Shown here one piece after another: positions 61,605 through 64,000 of a stretch of DNA of 64,000 nt (positions within the stretch are counted from its first letter, which is position 1; every line of letters starts with the position of its first letter). A program made the position numbers and the translations under genes. The DNA lies in contig NC_068989.1 of the NCBI RefSeq assembly GCF_001194135.2, forward strand, positions 8,013,910-8,077,909. The letters are read 5' to 3'. The notes beneath the pieces are model-generated. The model searched no databases and was not told the origin of the DNA. It worked only from the letters and a program-made list of their open reading frames with translations. Source of the stretch: Octopus bimaculoides. Lineage: Eukaryota.

Positions 61605-63735
61605 TTTCGCTTTCCAACGACGGAGGCGCAACCACTGATCTCAATTGAAAGAGGTCTGTGTAGAATTCTTTGCAGACTTCTTCCACATCTTTTCTGTCGG
61701 TCACTGCATGGCCGTCCTGGTTCTTCAAACTCGTTACTTCCGTTCTATAAAGCATCATCTCCCTTTTGCGTTTCTTGAGGCTCTTCCGTTCTTGTGCAGT
61801 CTTCAGGAGCTTCTCTTTTCTGTACCTCTCGGAGTCATTCTCAAGACATTGTCTTATTGCCTTGCAGAGAACGGAATATTCTATCAGGTGTCCTCTATCT
61901 CAATTCATGCTTCTCCGCTTTTCCATCGGCTTCTTTGTCAGCTCCGAAATCCTTCTTATCTCCTTTGAAACCGCGACATTTATACTCCTCAGGCTTTCTT
62001 CAACTTCTGGATTGTAGTCGTCCTCTATCTTCTCAAGCTGATTCTAGGATTCTTTTCCAATGGTTTTCCCCAGCTGCATTTCCTTCACGACCTTCACACA
62101 TTCCCTCAACTCTAACCGCAGTATTTTTTCACCCTTTTCACATCCAACACAATCATAGCCAGCACAAGGCGGTGGTCACTTCCTGTGTTGAACGGCGTAA
62201 CTACAGAGATGTCCTATAGAATACACGAAGGTAAGTACCATCTACTCTGATCAGTGAAGTTGAGAGATCCCTCAAGCTGATAGACAAAGATATAGTACCG
62301 GGCAAGGATGGTATAACATCTGAAATGCTGCAGGTCGGCGGAGAGCAGCTGTGGAAAATCCTCGCTCTACATTTCAACCGCTACCTAGAGGAAGGATCAA
62401 AACCTTCCCAATGGAAAGAGTCGAATACGATCCTGCTGTATAAGATCTTAAGAACTATCGTCCCATCTGTCTCCTGTCTCATATTGACAAGCTGTTCTCG
62501 AAGATAATCGCTGAGCAGTTATCTCAATAACTAGATTCGAAGCGGCCAACAGAACAAGTAGGGTTCAGAAAGACGTACAACGCAATAGATCATATATTCA
62601 CTCTAACACAGGTGCTAGAATGTGCGAGAGAGTACTGGTTGCCTCTGTGCGTTGTGTTTTTTGATTATGAGAAAGCTTTCGACAGAGTCGAAATCAACGC
62701 AGTACTGCGAGCTCCCAGGAAATGAGGTGTGATGACGTAGTACGTTGTTCTATTTAGGGAGGCGAATACCGCGTGCACAACGAATGTGGCCCTTTTATTC
62801 TCACCAGTGACTGTTCCGGGGGAGAACGGTGTCAAGTCAGGGAACACCATCTCTCCTAAGCCCTTCACGGTGTGTCTCGAGATGGTCATACGAAACACGA
62901 ACAGGAACGGAGGCATAAGGATAAACGGAGCACTACCCACTCGTTTAAGATTCGCTGACGACTTAGCGTTGATAGGAGACAGCACCGATCAGCTACAAAC
63001 CATGTTGGACGAACTGAATTTCAGGGGTTTGGCGGTCGTCCTGAAGACCGACCATACGAAAGCCAAATACATACAGTATGAGTGCGTAGCGATCGGTCGC
63101 CTAACAGTTGGAGGCGATGAAATAGAAGAGGTGAGCAGCTATGTGCATCTCGATCAAAAAGTGACTATGGGGCGACAGATGGAGAATGAGATCTTGTGAA
63201 GGGTAAGAGCAGGACGGAGAGTGTTCAACTCGGTGAAGAATGTGCTGAATCCGAACCTAGACCAGGTAACTCGTGCCAATATCTTCAGCAGCACAGTCTT
63301 GCCTGCAAAGCTATACGCAAGTGAGACTTGGGCCTTGGCGAAGAGAGAAGAACAGCATCTATTTATGGCGCAGAGAGCCATGGAAAGGTCGATGTAGGGA
63401 ATCTCGCTTAGAGATCACATCCGGAACGAAGGGATCAGGGATAGGAATGGAGTGAAGGAACCAGTCGTAAAATACCACTACGCAAAGCTACGTTAGGCCA
63501 GTCATGTCGAAAGGTTCATAGACAATCGGTGGACCGGTGCAGTTGTTGAGTGGTACGCATGCAAGTGGAAGAGACAACTCGGAAGACCGCCAATCAGGTG
63601 GGAAGATGATTTAAGAAAAATGTTTGGAACAATGTGGAAGAGAATGGCAGGAGCATGAGTGGAATGGACCGAATGCTGTGGCCAGCAGAGCCAGTTTGGC
63701 ACCAGACAGCCAGGCCGATCCAAGGGATTCAGGTG
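61605..63735 (+). mobile_element. RTE-clade LINE pseudo-copy with an inverted 5' segment and a candidate TSD
   Basis: The sense part (62233-63735) gives VPSTLISEVE..PGKDGITSEML, EKAFDRVE, LRFADDLALI and GRPPIRWEDD. The minus-strand part (62232-61605) gives DISVVTPFNTGSDHRLV (end of the APE domain) and the linker to KEFYTDLF...PPSLESE. The flanks are attatcatgtc and attatcatgcc. Confidence 0.9.
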
Positions 63736-63825
63736 ATTATCATGCCTGCATTCGAATAAAAATGATTGATTCTCCAAGGATTGGGATTCGATCTCACAAC
63801 AGAGTATCGTGGGACAGCACGATTT

Positions 63826-63860
<35 letters not shown>

Positions 63861-64000
63861 CGCACACACGCATACACACACACATATAAACAAAGAAAGA
63901 AGACGTGTTCTTGTCTGTCTCCTGTCCATGCTTGATTTACGCGTTCGCCACCACAATCTCGTTTAGGCATAGCAGCTCTTCCCGTTTGTTTTCATTGTCC

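Noticed and set aside
61645-62219. Plus-strand ORFs of 83-141 aa
   Set aside because: They are antisense to the inverted RTE segment, and the meaningful translation is on the minus strand.

Overview
This is eukaryotic, AT-rich, microsatellite-saturated draft-scaffold DNA with about 20 N-gaps. The tRNA-derived SINE families and repeat landscape look like an octopus (coleoid cephalopod) genome; that assignment is from recall of the repeat types, not a search. Two protein-coding segments are supportable. One is the last coding exon and poly(A) site of a plus-strand C2H2 zinc-finger gene (1-558). The other is an intact 292-codon minus-strand ORF (27341-28219) encoding a secreted pre-pro-protein whose motif order and spacing resemble a very divergent lipocalin; this is the most interesting unexplained gene here. 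Almost everything else is transposon-derived. This includes several SINE families, R4/Dong-type LINE ends embedded in (TAA)n, L1/Tx1 fragments, a TSD-flanked RTE LINE with a 5' inversion (twin-priming architecture), mariner/Tc1, Tigger and hAT fossils and MITEs, a DINE-1/Helentron-like element, and a 330-bp fold-back. A recurring theme is that (ATT/TAA)n tracts act as landing pads where SINEs, LINE ends and the Helentron-like element stack up. Nearly all other ORFs in the supplied track are microsatellite or N-gap artefacts. All motif calls were made by eye.
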